Shown here in pieces: positions 9,590-20,272 of a DNA stretch of 64,000 nt. A model generated the notes under the pieces. It saw only the letters and a list, made by a program, of their open reading frames with translations, had not been told where the DNA came from and did not search any database. The DNA is from Candidatus Levyibacteriota bacterium (GTDB lineage Bacteria > Patescibacteriota > Microgenomatia > Levybacterales > UBA12049): the NCBI GenBank assembly GCA_027334565.1, contig DAHWUP010000002.1, forward strand, positions 82,240 to 146,239, given 5' to 3'. Every line of letters starts with the position of its first letter. Positions within the stretch are counted from its first letter, which is position 1. A program made the translations under genes and the position numbers.

Positions 9590-10480
9590 ATGGACGATTA
9601 TCGACAAGTACAACTCGCGGATCTTAACAAAAAGATTGAAGAAACCAAAACACTTCTCTCCGACCCTCAAATGAGTGAGATGGCCAAGGAGGAAATCGAA
9701 ACTTTTGAGAAGCAAAGACAAGAAATTCTGGCAACCTATCAGACGGTAAGCGAAAACTCCGAAAATAACGGCGACTTGAACATTAGAAATGTTATCATTG
9801 AGGTTTCGGGCGCCGCGGGAGGAGACGAAGCGAGCATCTGGGCAAAAGAACTTCTAAGAATGTACTCAAGGTTTGCCGAGAATAAAAGATTCAAAGTCGA
9901 ACAGCTGGATGAAAATGTCATCAAAGTGGACGGCAAAGGGGCTTTTGAGATGTTTAAGTACGAAGCCGGTGTTCACCGCGTACAGCGGATCCCTGTAACG
10001 GAAAAAAGGGGCAGGGTCCATACTTCAACCGCAACGGTCTCAGTGCTGCCTGAACTTGAAGATATCGATTTGCATATCAATCCCGAGGACATCGATTTCG
10101 AAGCGTTTAGAAGCGGAGGACACGGCGGGCAAAACGTCAACAAGGTTTCAACCGCGGTAAGGCTAAAGCACATGCCGACAGGGATCGTGGTTACCTGCCA
10201 GACGCAAAGGTTTCAGGCGCAAAACCGCGAACTTGCCTTGGAAATGCTTAGAGCAAAACTCTGGGAGCAGGAGGTAGAAAAACAGCACGGCGAAATATCC
10301 AGCCTTAAGGCTACGCAGGTCGGAAGAGGCATGCGGGCGGAGAAAATCAGAACCTACAATTTTCCTCAGGACAGGCTGACCGACCATCGGATGAACAAAT
10401 CCTGGCACGACCTGCAAAGCGTGATGGACGGAAATTTGGATGATATTATGCTTAAAATGCAGGGACTTGAAACTAGTTAA
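9590..10480 (+). CDS. prfA: peptide chain release factor 1 (N-terminally short, 296 aa)
   Basis: GGQ motif ([11 protein letters not shown]), PVT anticodon motif (RVQRIPVTE), RF1-type core. Confidence 0.85.
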   Translation: MDDYRQVQLADLNKKIEETKTLLSDPQMSEMAKEEIETFEKQRQEILATYQTVSENSENNGDLNIRNVIIEVSGAAGGDEASIWAKELLRMYSRFAENKRFKVEQLDENVIKVDGKGAFEMFKYEAGVHRVQRIPVTEKRGRVHTSTATVSVLPELEDIDLHINPEDIDFEAFRSGGHGGQNVNKVSTAVRLKHMPTGIVVTCQTQRFQAQNRELALEMLRAKLWEQEVEKQHGEISSLKATQVGRGMRAEKIRTYNFPQDRLTDHRMNKSWHDLQSVMDGNLDDIMLKMQGLETS

Positions 10481-12164
10481 GGTAGTTCTGGTCTTTACTT
10501 CGCAATTCCTCTATTTTATCCAGCTCGTCATCGATGATGATTTTTGCGATCTGTCTCCCTCCGGCCAAATGCGGCAACACCACGTAATCGGCTCCTTCCT
10601 TATAAAGTTGCCTTGCGTCTTTTGCGTCAAGCGCCATCACCACGATTTTTGCGCGCCGATTCTCGTGTTTCAATTCTTTAAGCAGTATCAGATTATCCTG
10701 AAGATCGGGAATGGTTGAAATCACCAGCTTGGCATCATCTATTTTTGCCCGCTGCTGAATGTCCAAATCGGCGATATCCCCAAATAAACGATAAACTTTA
10801 CGACTTTCATATTTTTTGATCATATTAGGATCGAAATCTACGATTATCACCTGCTTATCTTTATCCTCCAAAGCCTCGACGATGCTCTCCCCCATCTGGT
10901 CCCCGCCGATCACAACAACGTGCCCTTTAATGTCATCCAGATTTCCGTCGTTTTCAAAATTTACCTCCTGCTTAACATTTGTTCTCTCCAAAAATCCGAT
11001 GCTCGGAGCGATCTCTCTATATAACGTCTTCCAGTGTGTAATAAAATAGGTCGAGACGGCAAAAGTGATCAACCCTACCATAGTCACCAACGAAACAGTA
11101 TTCTGATCGATGTGGCCCAAACGATATCCCAAAAAGATCATGATAAGCGAGAACTCGGAGATCTGAGACAGCGATACGCCGGTTAAAAACGACGTTCTTT
11201 TCCGATAGCCCAATAATCCGAAAGTCAACATCACTACGATCGGCTTGATAAGAAGAACGAACAATGAAAGAATGATCGCCGGAATTATCACTTCAAAAAT
11301 ATTTGCAAAGGACATCTGTAAACCTAAGAGCACAAAGAAAATGACAATGAAGAAATCACGCAAAACTTTCGCTTTGGCGATAATCTGATAACTCACAATC
11401 GTGTTTGCAAGAGCCAAGCCTGCCAAAAAACCACCGATTTCAATCGAAAACCCGACGTACTTCGAACTGACCAGGGCAGCGAGACCAAACACCCATGCAA
11501 GGCTTGTCAAAAATAAGGCTTCGGGCGAACGGGCCACAAACTCTATAACCCTTGGGAAAACTTTCCGGCTTAGAAAAATTATTCCGGCAAAAAGTAAAGC
11601 AGCCTTAACAGCGATCAAGCCAAAATTTATAAGCGATATGAATCCTCCGGTTTGGAGACTGAATCCCGACAAAAACATCAGCAAAAATATCGCCGCAATG
11701 TCCTGAAATAATAGAATTCCCAACGAAAACTTGGCATGCAAGCTATGCATTTCGCGTTGGTCGGAGAGAAGCTTAACTACGATGATGGTGGAGGAAAAGG
11801 TCAGCGCGGTAGCGATATAAAAACAGGTGATCAAATTGTACCCAAAAATGGCGGTCAGGAAAAAACCGAGCATAAACGTTCCGACTATTTGCGCAATTGA
11901 TGAAAAAAATAGTGTCTTTCCGATCGAAACAAGCTCCGAAATCCTTATCTCCAGTCCGACCATGAATAAAAGCAGCGTTACTCCAAGTTCGGAAAAGCTT
12001 TGTAAAAAATCTTTATTTGGAATACCAAAGATAGGAAAGGCCGCGATCACTATTCCTGTTAAAATATATGCTAAGATTTCGGGTTGACGAAAGAACCTGA
12101 AGATCAAAGAAAAAAATGAAGCGATGACAATGATTACGGTCAAACCCAGGAAAATATTGCCCAT
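10473..12164 (-). CDS. CPA2-family monovalent cation:proton antiporter with C-terminal RCK/TrkA-N domain (KefB-like)
   Basis: About 12 TM helices followed by [19 protein letters not shown] Rossmann (TrkA-N). Confidence 0.8.
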   Translation of the reverse strand: MGNIFLGLTVIIVIASFFSLIFRFFRQPEILAYILTGIVIAAFPIFGIPNKDFLQSFSELGVTLLLFMVGLEIRISELVSIGKTLFFSSIAQIVGTFMLGFFLTAIFGYNLITCFYIATALTFSSTIIVVKLLSDQREMHSLHAKFSLGILLFQDIAAIFLLMFLSGFSLQTGGFISLINFGLIAVKAALLFAGIIFLSRKVFPRVIEFVARSPEALFLTSLAWVFGLAALVSSKYVGFSIEIGGFLAGLALANTIVSYQIIAKAKVLRDFFIVIFFVLLGLQMSFANIFEVIIPAIILSLFVLLIKPIVVMLTFGLLGYRKRTSFLTGVSLSQISEFSLIMIFLGYRLGHIDQNTVSLVTMVGLITFAVSTYFITHWKTLYREIAPSIGFLERTNVKQEVNFENDGNLDDIKGHVVVIGGDQMGESIVEALEDKDKQVIIVDFDPNMIKKYESRKVYRLFGDIADLDIQQRAKIDDAKLVISTIPDLQDNLILLKELKHENRRAKIVVMALDAKDARQLYKEGADYVVLPHLAGGRQIAKIIIDDELDKIEELRSKDQNYLN

Positions 12165-12222
12165 TACTAATTTTATACAAACTTAATACGAAATAGTCAA
12201 TCGAAAAATTAAAAACTATCGG

Positions 12223-12492
12223 TTAATTTTTGTTGCGGGTCAAACTTTGTCCCTGGGTAATCGCCAAAAGCTTGGACAGTTCGGACGCGAATTTTTTGGC
12301 GTGTTCCCTGCTCATTCCGATCCTTGATACCACTCGTGCACGGTTTGTATTGCCGATCCGTTGCATCACGTCAAAAATCAATCCGTCTTCGTTCGCCATC
12401 ATTGAAATGCTGTCCGTGTAATATATCGGCGTATTCTCGGGATTGATATCGACCGCCATTTCCTGCGGCTTGTTGTCTGCCATATTGATCAC
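12223..12492 (-). CDS. hypothetical small protein
   Basis: ORF only. Confidence 0.3.
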   Translation of the reverse strand: MINMADNKPQEMAVDINPENTPIYYTDSISMMANEDGLIFDVMQRIGNTNRARVVSRIGMSREHAKKFASELSKLLAITQGQSLTRNKN

Positions 12493-12519
12493 CTCCTCTG
12501 CTTTTTAAACCAAAATAGG

Positions 12520-13440
12520 CTAAAGATAACTTATTTCTTCCTCCAAGTTGACCCCGAATTTTTGTCTGACTCGTTCCTTGGCAATCCCAATCAACCTACC
12601 AACATCCGATGATTTGGCATTCCCCAAATTTACGATAAAATTCGGATGTTTTGGTGAGACTTGCGCATTACCGACCCTAAGACCTTTCAATTCGCAAAGG
12701 TATAAAAGCTTTGCGACCGGGATTACCGGAAAAGGATCGTCCTTAACGTATTGCATGAGTTTTTCTCTTTGTATATTTGATAACTGAACTACCGGAATGT
12801 TTTTAAAAGTGCTGCCTAAGCTTGGTAAGTCCATCGGGTGTTTTAAATTCCTGTAATCTATCTTTTCCCGAATCGAATTTTCAATCGAGATTTTATCCCC
12901 CGGCTTTAGGCCGAATGCAACCTGAACGATCATCTCATCATAAGCTCTGGTCTTAAAAATACTGCTACGATAGGAAAAGTTGCAACCCTGGTTGCTTCGT
13001 TTAATTGTTTTTAAAGTCTTTAAGTTAACGCATTTTACTTCCAGCACCGAGTCTTTTGTTTCGCCGGAAAAAGCTCCGGCGTTTCCTCTGACCGCTCCTC
13101 CGACCGTACCGGGAAGTCCGCCTGCCCACTCCAATCCCGATAGGCCGTTTTGGATGCAATATTTAAGTAGATCCGAGATCAATACCCCAGCGCCGACGAT
13201 CACCCTGCCGTTTTTGTTCTCAATCCCTTTGATGTGGTCATATATAACCAAACCGTCAAAACCTTTCTCGCCTATCAATACATTGGTAGCCCTCCCTAAA
13301 ATGAAAATCGGCCCTTTTTGACCAAATTCAACCAAACCGTCGGTTAATTCTTTTAATGAATTTACTGCCAAAAAATATTTGGCCGGTCCTCCAATTTGAT
13401 AATTGCTGTAATCCTTCAGCGGCACATTGGTTTGTATCAT
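12520..13440 (-). CDS. murB: UDP-N-acetylenolpyruvoylglucosamine reductase
   Basis: FAD-binding NYQIGGPA..; LEWAGGLPGTVGGAVRGNAGAFSGE. Confidence 0.85.
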   Translation of the reverse strand: MIQTNVPLKDYSNYQIGGPAKYFLAVNSLKELTDGLVEFGQKGPIFILGRATNVLIGEKGFDGLVIYDHIKGIENKNGRVIVGAGVLISDLLKYCIQNGLSGLEWAGGLPGTVGGAVRGNAGAFSGETKDSVLEVKCVNLKTLKTIKRSNQGCNFSYRSSIFKTRAYDEMIVQVAFGLKPGDKISIENSIREKIDYRNLKHPMDLPSLGSTFKNIPVVQLSNIQREKLMQYVKDDPFPVIPVAKLLYLCELKGLRVGNAQVSPKHPNFIVNLGNAKSSDVGRLIGIAKERVRQKFGVNLEEEISYL

Positions 13441-13491
13441 AACTCTGATTTTAGCATTGACGGTTGCAAATTGGAAATTATCCGAAGAAAA

Positions 13492-14637
13492 TTATTGGTT
13501 GGGTGCTGTTCCTAAGGTTGCCGAAAAATCGACGGTTTTTCCGTTTCTCCAAACTGTTATCGAAATGCGGTCACCAGGTTTTTTCTTAGCGATAATCGTT
13601 GACAATTCGTTGGAAACGTCAACTTGCTGATTGTCGATTTTAATAATAATATCTCCTGTTTGGATACCCGCGCTCTCTGCCGGAGAACCCGAAGATACGT
13701 TGGTAACATACGCACCTTGCACTACTCCGTTTAAAAGCGCAACCTGTTTGGTGAGCATCGTATAGGTTACCCCCAGAAACGGCCTGTTAAACTGTCCTGT
13801 TTGATTGAAGTTAGCGATAGAATCCTTAACAATGTTTATCGGCAGCGTAAACCCGATGTTCTGACCGTTTTGTGCTATAGCGGTATTGATGCCGATGACG
13901 TTTCCTGCAGAATCTACCAGCGGTCCGCCCGAATTCCCCGGATTCAAAGCGGCGTCTGTCTGAATTACGTTATTAAGATTTTCTACATACCCTTGGAATT
14001 GATCTCCGGCCGTTACCGCTCTTCCGATACCGGAGATCACGCCGGTAGTAACGGTATTTCTAAATTCCCCCAAAGCCGTTCCTATCGCTACCACATACTG
14101 TCCGACTTGAAGTTTAGACGAGTCGCCTAAAGACGCAGGCTTCAGCGTCACCCCGGGATTATCGCTTGTACTAATCTTCAGTAGCGCGATATCGTTTAAA
14201 GGATCCCTGTAAACTTTTTGGACTGTATATTTTTGACCCGTACTTAGCACAACGTCATATTGCACACCAACATCGGCAACGACGTGTTTATTGGTAACCA
14301 CCAGTCCGTCAGATGATACTATAAATCCAGATCCCACTCCCGTCACCTGCGGTGTCTGACTTTGCTGTGGCTGTTCCTGCCCGAATCCGAAAATTTGAAA
14401 AGGACCGAAGTTGAACGTATTGGATTGTTGAGGAGTCTGCAATTCTTCAACGGTAACAACCGATGGGCCGATCTTTTTAACGTCCGCTATTGTTACCGAC
14501 TCCTCACTTACCACCTCAACTTTTTCCGGTTGTACCAGCGGATTAAATAATGTGAAATTGGATGCGTATTTGGACAGCTCCGACCCGATTGCGAGCAAAA
14601 CTATCAATACTATTAGAGCCACTATCAATCTTCTCAT
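13492..14637 (-). CDS. htrA: HtrA/DegP-family serine protease with PDZ domain
   Basis: GSGFIVSSDGLVVTNKHV, GNSGGPLVD, C-terminal PDZ (GIQTGDIIIKID); N-terminal signal anchor. Confidence 0.85.
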   Translation of the reverse strand: MRRLIVALIVLIVLLAIGSELSKYASNFTLFNPLVQPEKVEVVSEESVTIADVKKIGPSVVTVEELQTPQQSNTFNFGPFQIFGFGQEQPQQSQTPQVTGVGSGFIVSSDGLVVTNKHVVADVGVQYDVVLSTGQKYTVQKVYRDPLNDIALLKISTSDNPGVTLKPASLGDSSKLQVGQYVVAIGTALGEFRNTVTTGVISGIGRAVTAGDQFQGYVENLNNVIQTDAALNPGNSGGPLVDSAGNVIGINTAIAQNGQNIGFTLPINIVKDSIANFNQTGQFNRPFLGVTYTMLTKQVALLNGVVQGAYVTNVSSGSPAESAGIQTGDIIIKIDNQQVDVSNELSTIIAKKKPGDRISITVWRNGKTVDFSATLGTAPNQ

Positions 14638-14647
14638 AAAATTCCTC

Positions 14648-15949
14648 CTATTTTATCAATACCCAAACTGCTTTTTCAAGCTGAGTGTCCACCGCCGGCT
14701 GCTTTGGATCCAAAGAAACCGTGTAGTCCGGCGTCAGCCCTACTTTATTAACCCAGGTACCGTTAGGTGTAAGCCATTTGGCAATGGTTACATGTAATCC
14801 TGCCCCGTCCCCCATATCCAGTGCTTCCTGGACCGTTCCTTTACCGAACGATTTTTCCCCCACCAACGCAAGTACACGATGATTATCCCTTAACGCTCCT
14901 GAAACGATTTCCGAAGCCGAGGCGCTTCCACCGTTAATTAACACAACCAATTTAATATTCGGATCGGTCAATAAACCCTGCCTTTGAACCGTCAGGGTAC
15001 AATCCTGTCCGGCCGGACAAGGCGCTTCGCTGACTACCGTTGTTCCTTGCGGCAGAAATTCCGAAGCGATAAACTGTGCGTCGGTCAGATAGCCTCCTGG
15101 GTTATTTCTCAAATCCAAAACGATACCTTTGATACTTTTATCGGATTTTATTTGTTTGACGATACCCGGAATCAATTTTTCCCAGTCCTTATTGGTATTA
15201 TCGCCGAATTCCGAAAGCCTTAAGTATGCATACTTTACGCAATCTGACTTGGTACACGAGTCGCCTTTGGGAATCAAATTCGTGCAACCGCCGGTAGGCG
15301 TACATTCCGCGCTTAAAATAGCCATTGCTACGCTTGAAACGGTAATAACATCCCTGGTAATCTTTATGCTGACAGTTTTATTATCCATTTTATGGATTAC
15401 CGTCAACGTAACGACCGTTCCCTTCGGGCCCCTGATCTTATCTGTAGCCTGAGCCAGGGTCCATCCTGCAATCGATTGACCGTCCACCGCAGTGATGATA
15501 TCACCCGTTTTGATACCGGCTTTTTCCGCCGGACTACCATCCAAAGGGGCGATAATAACGATATCTTTACCCTGACTACCCAACTCGGCTCCGATACCGG
15601 AAAACTGACCCGCCAGACCCTGCTTGAAGTTGGTATTTTGTACGGGCGGAAGATACATTGTAAACGGATCTCCCAAAGAATTTACCATTCCTTCGATCGC
15701 GCCGTTTAACATGTTCTGTTCGTCGAGTTTCGATTTATCGTAATAATTCTCTTCCAGTCTCTGCCAAACCGCCCAAAACTGAGAAAAATCGATATTGATC
15801 AAGCCCGGAGGCGGTTCCTGACTGGCAACATTTAGGGTAGGCTGATAATTTTTCCAGTCTAAGTTGACTTTGTTTACCCCGAAATAATAACCTGCGAAAA
15901 AAGTAATGGCAACCAATAGCAAAACCTGAATCACCCGACTTCTTTTCAT
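14648..15949 (-). CDS. ctpA: C-terminal processing peptidase (S41) with PDZ domain and two Cys-rich insertions
   Basis: PDZ GIKTGDIITAVDG; LDLRNNPGGYL; GGSASASEIVSGAL; inserts CTPTGGCTNL..DSCTKSDC and CPAGQDC. Confidence 0.85.
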   Translation of the reverse strand: MKRSRVIQVLLLVAITFFAGYYFGVNKVNLDWKNYQPTLNVASQEPPPGLINIDFSQFWAVWQRLEENYYDKSKLDEQNMLNGAIEGMVNSLGDPFTMYLPPVQNTNFKQGLAGQFSGIGAELGSQGKDIVIIAPLDGSPAEKAGIKTGDIITAVDGQSIAGWTLAQATDKIRGPKGTVVTLTVIHKMDNKTVSIKITRDVITVSSVAMAILSAECTPTGGCTNLIPKGDSCTKSDCVKYAYLRLSEFGDNTNKDWEKLIPGIVKQIKSDKSIKGIVLDLRNNPGGYLTDAQFIASEFLPQGTTVVSEAPCPAGQDCTLTVQRQGLLTDPNIKLVVLINGGSASASEIVSGALRDNHRVLALVGEKSFGKGTVQEALDMGDGAGLHVTIAKWLTPNGTWVNKVGLTPDYTVSLDPKQPAVDTQLEKAVWVLIK

Positions 15950-16033
15950 AATAATTTTCTAATTATGCCAGAAATATTTTTCCCAGGCAACAGTTAATAT
16001 ATTAATAAATCCTAAGTTTTTGCTGAGAATACA

Positions 16034-16282
16034 TTATACCTTAGCGGTGAACGGAAGCAGTCCCAAATGTCTGGCGTGTTTGATCTTAAGCGTAACTTCT
16101 TTTTGGTGTTTAGAACAAAGCCCGCTTCGAAGCCTTGAGATGATTTTTGCCCTATCCGTCATAAATCGCGATAAGGTAGCTGCGTCCTCGAAGGTCGGCT
16201 CCTTTTTTTCACTGCAGAAAAAGCATTTCTTGGGAGCGTTCGTTTTTCCGGTTTTTCTGATGATTCGTTTTTTCTTCGGCAT
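16034..16282 (-). CDS. rpsR: 30S ribosomal protein S18
   Basis: CFFC..; ISRLRSGLCSKHQKEVTLKIKHARHLGLLPF. Confidence 0.85.
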   Translation of the reverse strand: MPKKKRIIRKTGKTNAPKKCFFCSEKKEPTFEDAATLSRFMTDRAKIISRLRSGLCSKHQKEVTLKIKHARHLGLLPFTAKV

Positions 16283-16286
16283 AATC

Positions 16287-16787
16287 TTAGAACGGGATAT
16301 CGTCGGGGACTATTTCATCCTCTTTCTGGGTTTCCGGTTCCTCTTGTTTTTTAGATTTTGCCGGTGTCTTTTTCTCGGTTTTTTCTTCCGGTTGTTCTCC
16401 CTGCGGTTCTTCAATTTCTTCCTCTTCTTCTGTTCGGGCCTCTTCTCCGTTTCGTCTGGAATCCAAAAGTATCATGTCGGAGATGATGATTTCCGTGGTT
16501 TGTTTTTGAGTTCCGTCCTGAGCGGTCCAGTTTCTGGTAGTCAATCTTCCTTCAACGTATACCTTTCTTCCTTTGGTCAAAAACTGCGAACAAAGTTCTG
16601 CCAATTTGTTCCAAGCAACGATCCTGTGGAATTCCACTTCCTCTTTTTTTTCACCGGAATCCGTGGTCCAGTTTCGGTTGGTCGCAATCGAGAAACTGCA
16701 GACCGCCGTTCCCGATGGCGTATATCTTAACTCAGGGTCTCTGGTTAAATTTCCGATAAGCTGAACTCTGTTTAAACTTCTTGCCAT
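16287..16787 (-). CDS. ssb: single-stranded DNA-binding protein
   Basis: OB fold NRVQLIGNLTRDPELRYTPSG; acidic tail ending DDIPF. Confidence 0.9.
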   Translation of the reverse strand: MARSLNRVQLIGNLTRDPELRYTPSGTAVCSFSIATNRNWTTDSGEKKEEVEFHRIVAWNKLAELCSQFLTKGRKVYVEGRLTTRNWTAQDGTQKQTTEIIISDMILLDSRRNGEEARTEEEEEIEEPQGEQPEEKTEKKTPAKSKKQEEPETQKEDEIVPDDIPF

Positions 16788-16788
16788 A

Positions 16789-17067
16789 TTATTTTTGTCT
16801 TAACAAAAGATGTCTTAATACTTCATCCTGCGTAAGTAATTTTTTTTCAAAATCCTTGGTTAGGACATCCTTGAGTTCAAAAACGTAATTGACAAAAAAA
16901 CCGCTTTCCTGTCTTTTGATCGCATAAGCCAACTGCTTTTCTCCCCATTCCTCTTCTTTGGTAAATTTGGCTCCCTTAAGCCACGATTTTACGGACTCCA
17001 AAATCTTTTTTCTGCTTGCTTCGGAAAGCGAATTTTTCAAAACCAATACCAATTGATAATTCTTCAT
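16789..17067 (-). CDS. rpsF: 30S ribosomal protein S6
   Basis: MKNYQLVLVL..WGEKQLAY; classic rpsF-ssb-rpsR order. Confidence 0.8.
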   Translation of the reverse strand: MKNYQLVLVLKNSLSEASRKKILESVKSWLKGAKFTKEEEWGEKQLAYAIKRQESGFFVNYVFELKDVLTKDFEKKLLTQDEVLRHLLLRQK

Positions 17068-17173
17068 TTAATCTCGTCTTCATTTTACAATATGACTTTC
17101 TTTAAAGCAAGAATTAAGTTGGCTTACTTTTTTGCCGTCTTAAAGAAAAATCTGGAAAAATGGAAATCGACCA

Positions 17174-17524
17174 CTACTCGGCGATGGAAGCAAGACTGTC
17201 CCGAACTAGATTATCATACTGAAGATGCACTCCGCCGGCGTTTCTTCTGAACGTTTCCCAATCGGTAATTCCTTTAATCGCACTACCGCTGCTCACCAAT
17301 TCCTCAAATGCCAGAGTCGCAGTAAGATACGCATTGCAGGTAATATCCAAAAACCCTCCGCCCGTCCTTACCAATCTCATCGCCGCCACCTGCTCGCCCA
17401 AAGGATTTATCTGCGTTATTATACCTCCGGATATCTTTATTTCTCCCCGGCTTAAAAAACTTGCCAATTCGTAAGGGGTCACTTTGTCCGGACCGGTTAT
17501 TTTGCTTCTTTCGATATCACTCAC
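17174..17524 (-). CDS. hypothetical protein (116 aa)
   Basis: ORF only. Confidence 0.3.
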   Translation of the reverse strand: MSDIERSKITGPDKVTPYELASFLSRGEIKISGGIITQINPLGEQVAAMRLVRTGGGFLDITCNAYLTATLAFEELVSSGSAIKGITDWETFRRNAGGVHLQYDNLVRDSLASIAE

Positions 17525-17662
17525 AGCAATCGGAATTATAGCACAGTAGATTTTAAGGGTAAAATATTACTAATAAAAGCTTTTTAACCCGATTTGGCTA
17601 ACCTTAGGGATTTTGAAAATTCCGTAAATAGTGGTAGAATCTATCCTAATAACCAAAAACCT

Positions 17663-19096
17663 ATGACACAGGTTGAGGCAAGACATTCACCGGTTCAACC
17701 GGGTATTTCTACCCGAAGAGAAATGCTGCCCCCATCACCCGATCCCGCTATTCGGAAACTTCACCAATTGACGGATACTGAAGATACTAAATTATTCGGT
17801 TTTTTAAATGACCTTGAAACAAGCGAAGATCCGGCTGTAGAAGCCGTGTATGGTGCCGGAAACGGATATACGGACCGGTTGGCTAAAGTACAATCGAATA
17901 ACGACGGGGCCTTCTACCTATCGGTTCCGGGATCTTCCTCGGGCGAAGGTAGGGATTATGTCCTCGTTCAAGTTAACACCTGGGCGGCCAAAGAACGGTC
18001 GGTAAATCCTCACAAAGGGATATTGAACGAAGACTCACCTTTTATAGCGCCGTTTGGGGAAGGAAGGCTTTTGGCAGCCGTTTTCGACGGCGCGAGCAGC
18101 CGAAGACCTATTCCGGGTCTTTACGAATACGGAGTTTCTGGCGCCTGGTACATCGCCCATCTCGCTTCGCTTGGATTCCCCAATACTAAAGAATATCTGG
18201 ATTTAAAAGCAAACCCCAACACGTCTGCCGAAGAAGTAATGAAAACGTTAAATACCTGGCTTAAAGAGCGGCTTCGGGGAGTGGAAGGAGTCTCTTATGA
18301 TGACGTGATTTATATTCCCGGAATGGCTGCAACCATGGTTTTAATCGATTACCAAAAAGACGAAATCAGCCTCGCCCATGTCGCCGATACCCTGGCCGTA
18401 GCCGAATATGACAGTAGCTTTTCGGTCTTAACCGACGATAAAAATTTCCAGTGGGACGAGATGAAGCGAAGGCTTGAAGATTCAATCGTTAACGAAGAGC
18501 TTGCTAACGGCCGTTATGCTACCAGGGTAACCGTAAAGGATGATCCCAGGATCAAAGGTCTTTTGGAACAAAGTTACCGTGCCAAGATCAATTCCCATCC
18601 GTTCGGCACGGGAATCTTAAACGGTCAACCCGAATTGGTTGGAAACGGACTAATTTACACAGACACCGTTCCTATCCCTAATGACCGGGGACTTAAATTG
18701 CACCTTGTCTCAGATGGCGTTTATTCGATTTGGATGGGTCGGGAGGATCAACCGGATCTTGGTTCGGGCGTGAGGAAATTGCTCGGCGCTTTGGACAATC
18801 CGTCGGTCAACCCGCGCAACGTCCTGTCCGAAATCGATATCAGAGTAAGCCTTGACCCCGACGGGGCGATTTTAGGAAGAAGTAACGACGACTCAAGCCG
18901 AGTATCCATTCAGGTCAAAAAAGGAACGGACAGCGAGGCTGCCACGGAATTCCGTAATACAAACAGAAGGTTGCTAATTCAAGATTCCGCGGAAATCGCC
19001 CGTGCGCAGGTGATCCGTGACGCCGAAAAGCAGCAACCACATCTGCCGTCAATCAAAACCGGACCGCTGGAATATATGGGCATGAGCGGAAAATAA
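17663..19096 (+). CDS. PPM/PP2C-like domain protein with degenerate metal-binding motifs (possible pseudophosphatase); alternative TTG start at 17594
   Basis: LLAAVFDGASS (compare vFDGHGG), PGMAATMVLID (compare GSTAvval), ADTLAVA (compare GDSRavl), LHLVSDGVYS (compare laSDGlwd), NDDSSRVSIQV (compare DNiTvivv); GC-rich relative to flanks. Confidence 0.4.
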   Translation: MTQVEARHSPVQPGISTRREMLPPSPDPAIRKLHQLTDTEDTKLFGFLNDLETSEDPAVEAVYGAGNGYTDRLAKVQSNNDGAFYLSVPGSSSGEGRDYVLVQVNTWAAKERSVNPHKGILNEDSPFIAPFGEGRLLAAVFDGASSRRPIPGLYEYGVSGAWYIAHLASLGFPNTKEYLDLKANPNTSAEEVMKTLNTWLKERLRGVEGVSYDDVIYIPGMAATMVLIDYQKDEISLAHVADTLAVAEYDSSFSVLTDDKNFQWDEMKRRLEDSIVNEELANGRYATRVTVKDDPRIKGLLEQSYRAKINSHPFGTGILNGQPELVGNGLIYTDTVPIPNDRGLKLHLVSDGVYSIWMGREDQPDLGSGVRKLLGALDNPSVNPRNVLSEIDIRVSLDPDGAILGRSNDDSSRVSIQVKKGTDSEAATEFRNTNRRLLIQDSAEIARAQVIRDAEKQQPHLPSIKTGPLEYMGMSGK

Positions 19097-19117
19097 GGCG
19101 AAAGCTAAAAGTTTATT

Positions 19118-20185
19118 TTATGCTCCGATTTTAAATTCGACCACATCACCGTCCCTCATGACATAATCCCTTCCTTCAAACCTTGTCCTTCCGTTTTCGC
19201 GTGAAACTTTCCAACCCCCGTTTTCTACAAAATCCCGATAAGAAACAACCTCCGCCTTGATGAATTTTTTGATAAAGTCGGTATGAATGGTCCCGGCCGC
19301 ATCCGCAGCCGAAGTTCCCTTCCTGATGGTCCAGGCACGCACCTCCTTTTCCCCCGCCGTAAGAAAAGATATCAGATCCAAAATTTTATAACCTTCTTTG
19401 ATAACTTTCTCAAGACCGGATTCATCGACACCCAATTCTTTGAGATATTCTTTTTGCTCCTCTTGCGAAAGCTCGGAAAGTTCCGACTCGATTTTGGCAC
19501 ATACGGGTATCGTTTCGGGACCGAGATCTTTATCAAGATCCGTCTCGTCGACATTAGCGATGGTAAACATCGGTTTTGCGGTTAATAGTTGAAGTTGTTT
19601 TGCCGCTTCTTTTTCCTCGTTTGACAACCCTACTTCCCTTACCAGCTTTCCCTGATTCAATGCTGCGGTTAATTTTCGGACCGCCGACCACCTGGATAAA
19701 TCTTCTTTGCTCGCATTACGTTTGGGCTCCTGCTGTCTATTAAGTGTTTCAAGATCTGCAAGGATTAGTTCGGTATTTACAACCTCAAAGTCTGATTTAG
19801 GATCTTGGGAGCTTTCGTGCCGCAACACATTTTCGTCTTTAAAGTATCTGACAACCTGGGCTATCGCATCGCATTCACGAATGTGTGACAGGAATTTATT
19901 ACCCAAACCCTGCCCCTGTGCCGCTCCTTTGACCAAACCGGCGATATCCACAAAAGAAACCGTCGCGTAAATAATCGGCGGAGCAACCGTCATTTTGTGT
20001 TCATTTTGAGTTATTTGGCTAAGTTTTATAAGCCTTTCGTCGGGCACAGGAACAATTCCTATGTTCGGTTCTATGGTTGCGAACGGATAATTTGCGACAA
20101 ACGCCTGTTGTTTCTTTAAAAGCGCGTTGAAAAGTGTCGATTTCCCGACATTAGGCAAACCGATTATTCCGATACTTAAGTTCAT
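19118..20185 (-). CDS. ychF: ribosome-binding ATPase YchF (Obg-family GTPase) with TGS domain
   Basis: GIIGLPNVGKSTLFNAL; C-terminal TGS. Confidence 0.9.
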   Translation of the reverse strand: MNLSIGIIGLPNVGKSTLFNALLKKQQAFVANYPFATIEPNIGIVPVPDERLIKLSQITQNEHKMTVAPPIIYATVSFVDIAGLVKGAAQGQGLGNKFLSHIRECDAIAQVVRYFKDENVLRHESSQDPKSDFEVVNTELILADLETLNRQQEPKRNASKEDLSRWSAVRKLTAALNQGKLVREVGLSNEEKEAAKQLQLLTAKPMFTIANVDETDLDKDLGPETIPVCAKIESELSELSQEEQKEYLKELGVDESGLEKVIKEGYKILDLISFLTAGEKEVRAWTIRKGTSAADAAGTIHTDFIKKFIKAEVVSYRDFVENGGWKVSRENGRTRFEGRDYVMRDGDVVEFKIGA

Positions 20186-20272
20186 AATTACACTAATTAT
20201 AATATTAATAAAACATTAAGAATGTATTGACGGCTAAAACTAATTAAAAAGACCATATTCTAAAACAATCCA

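Noticed and set aside
10440-12087. Small plus-strand ORFs inside the CPA2 antiporter gene
   Set aside because: They are antisense to a long, confidently assigned membrane-protein CDS.
16020-16730. 236-aa plus-strand ORF
   Set aside because: It lies entirely antisense to the well-supported rpsR and ssb genes. It is a low-complexity F/L-rich translation, typical of an antisense artefact.
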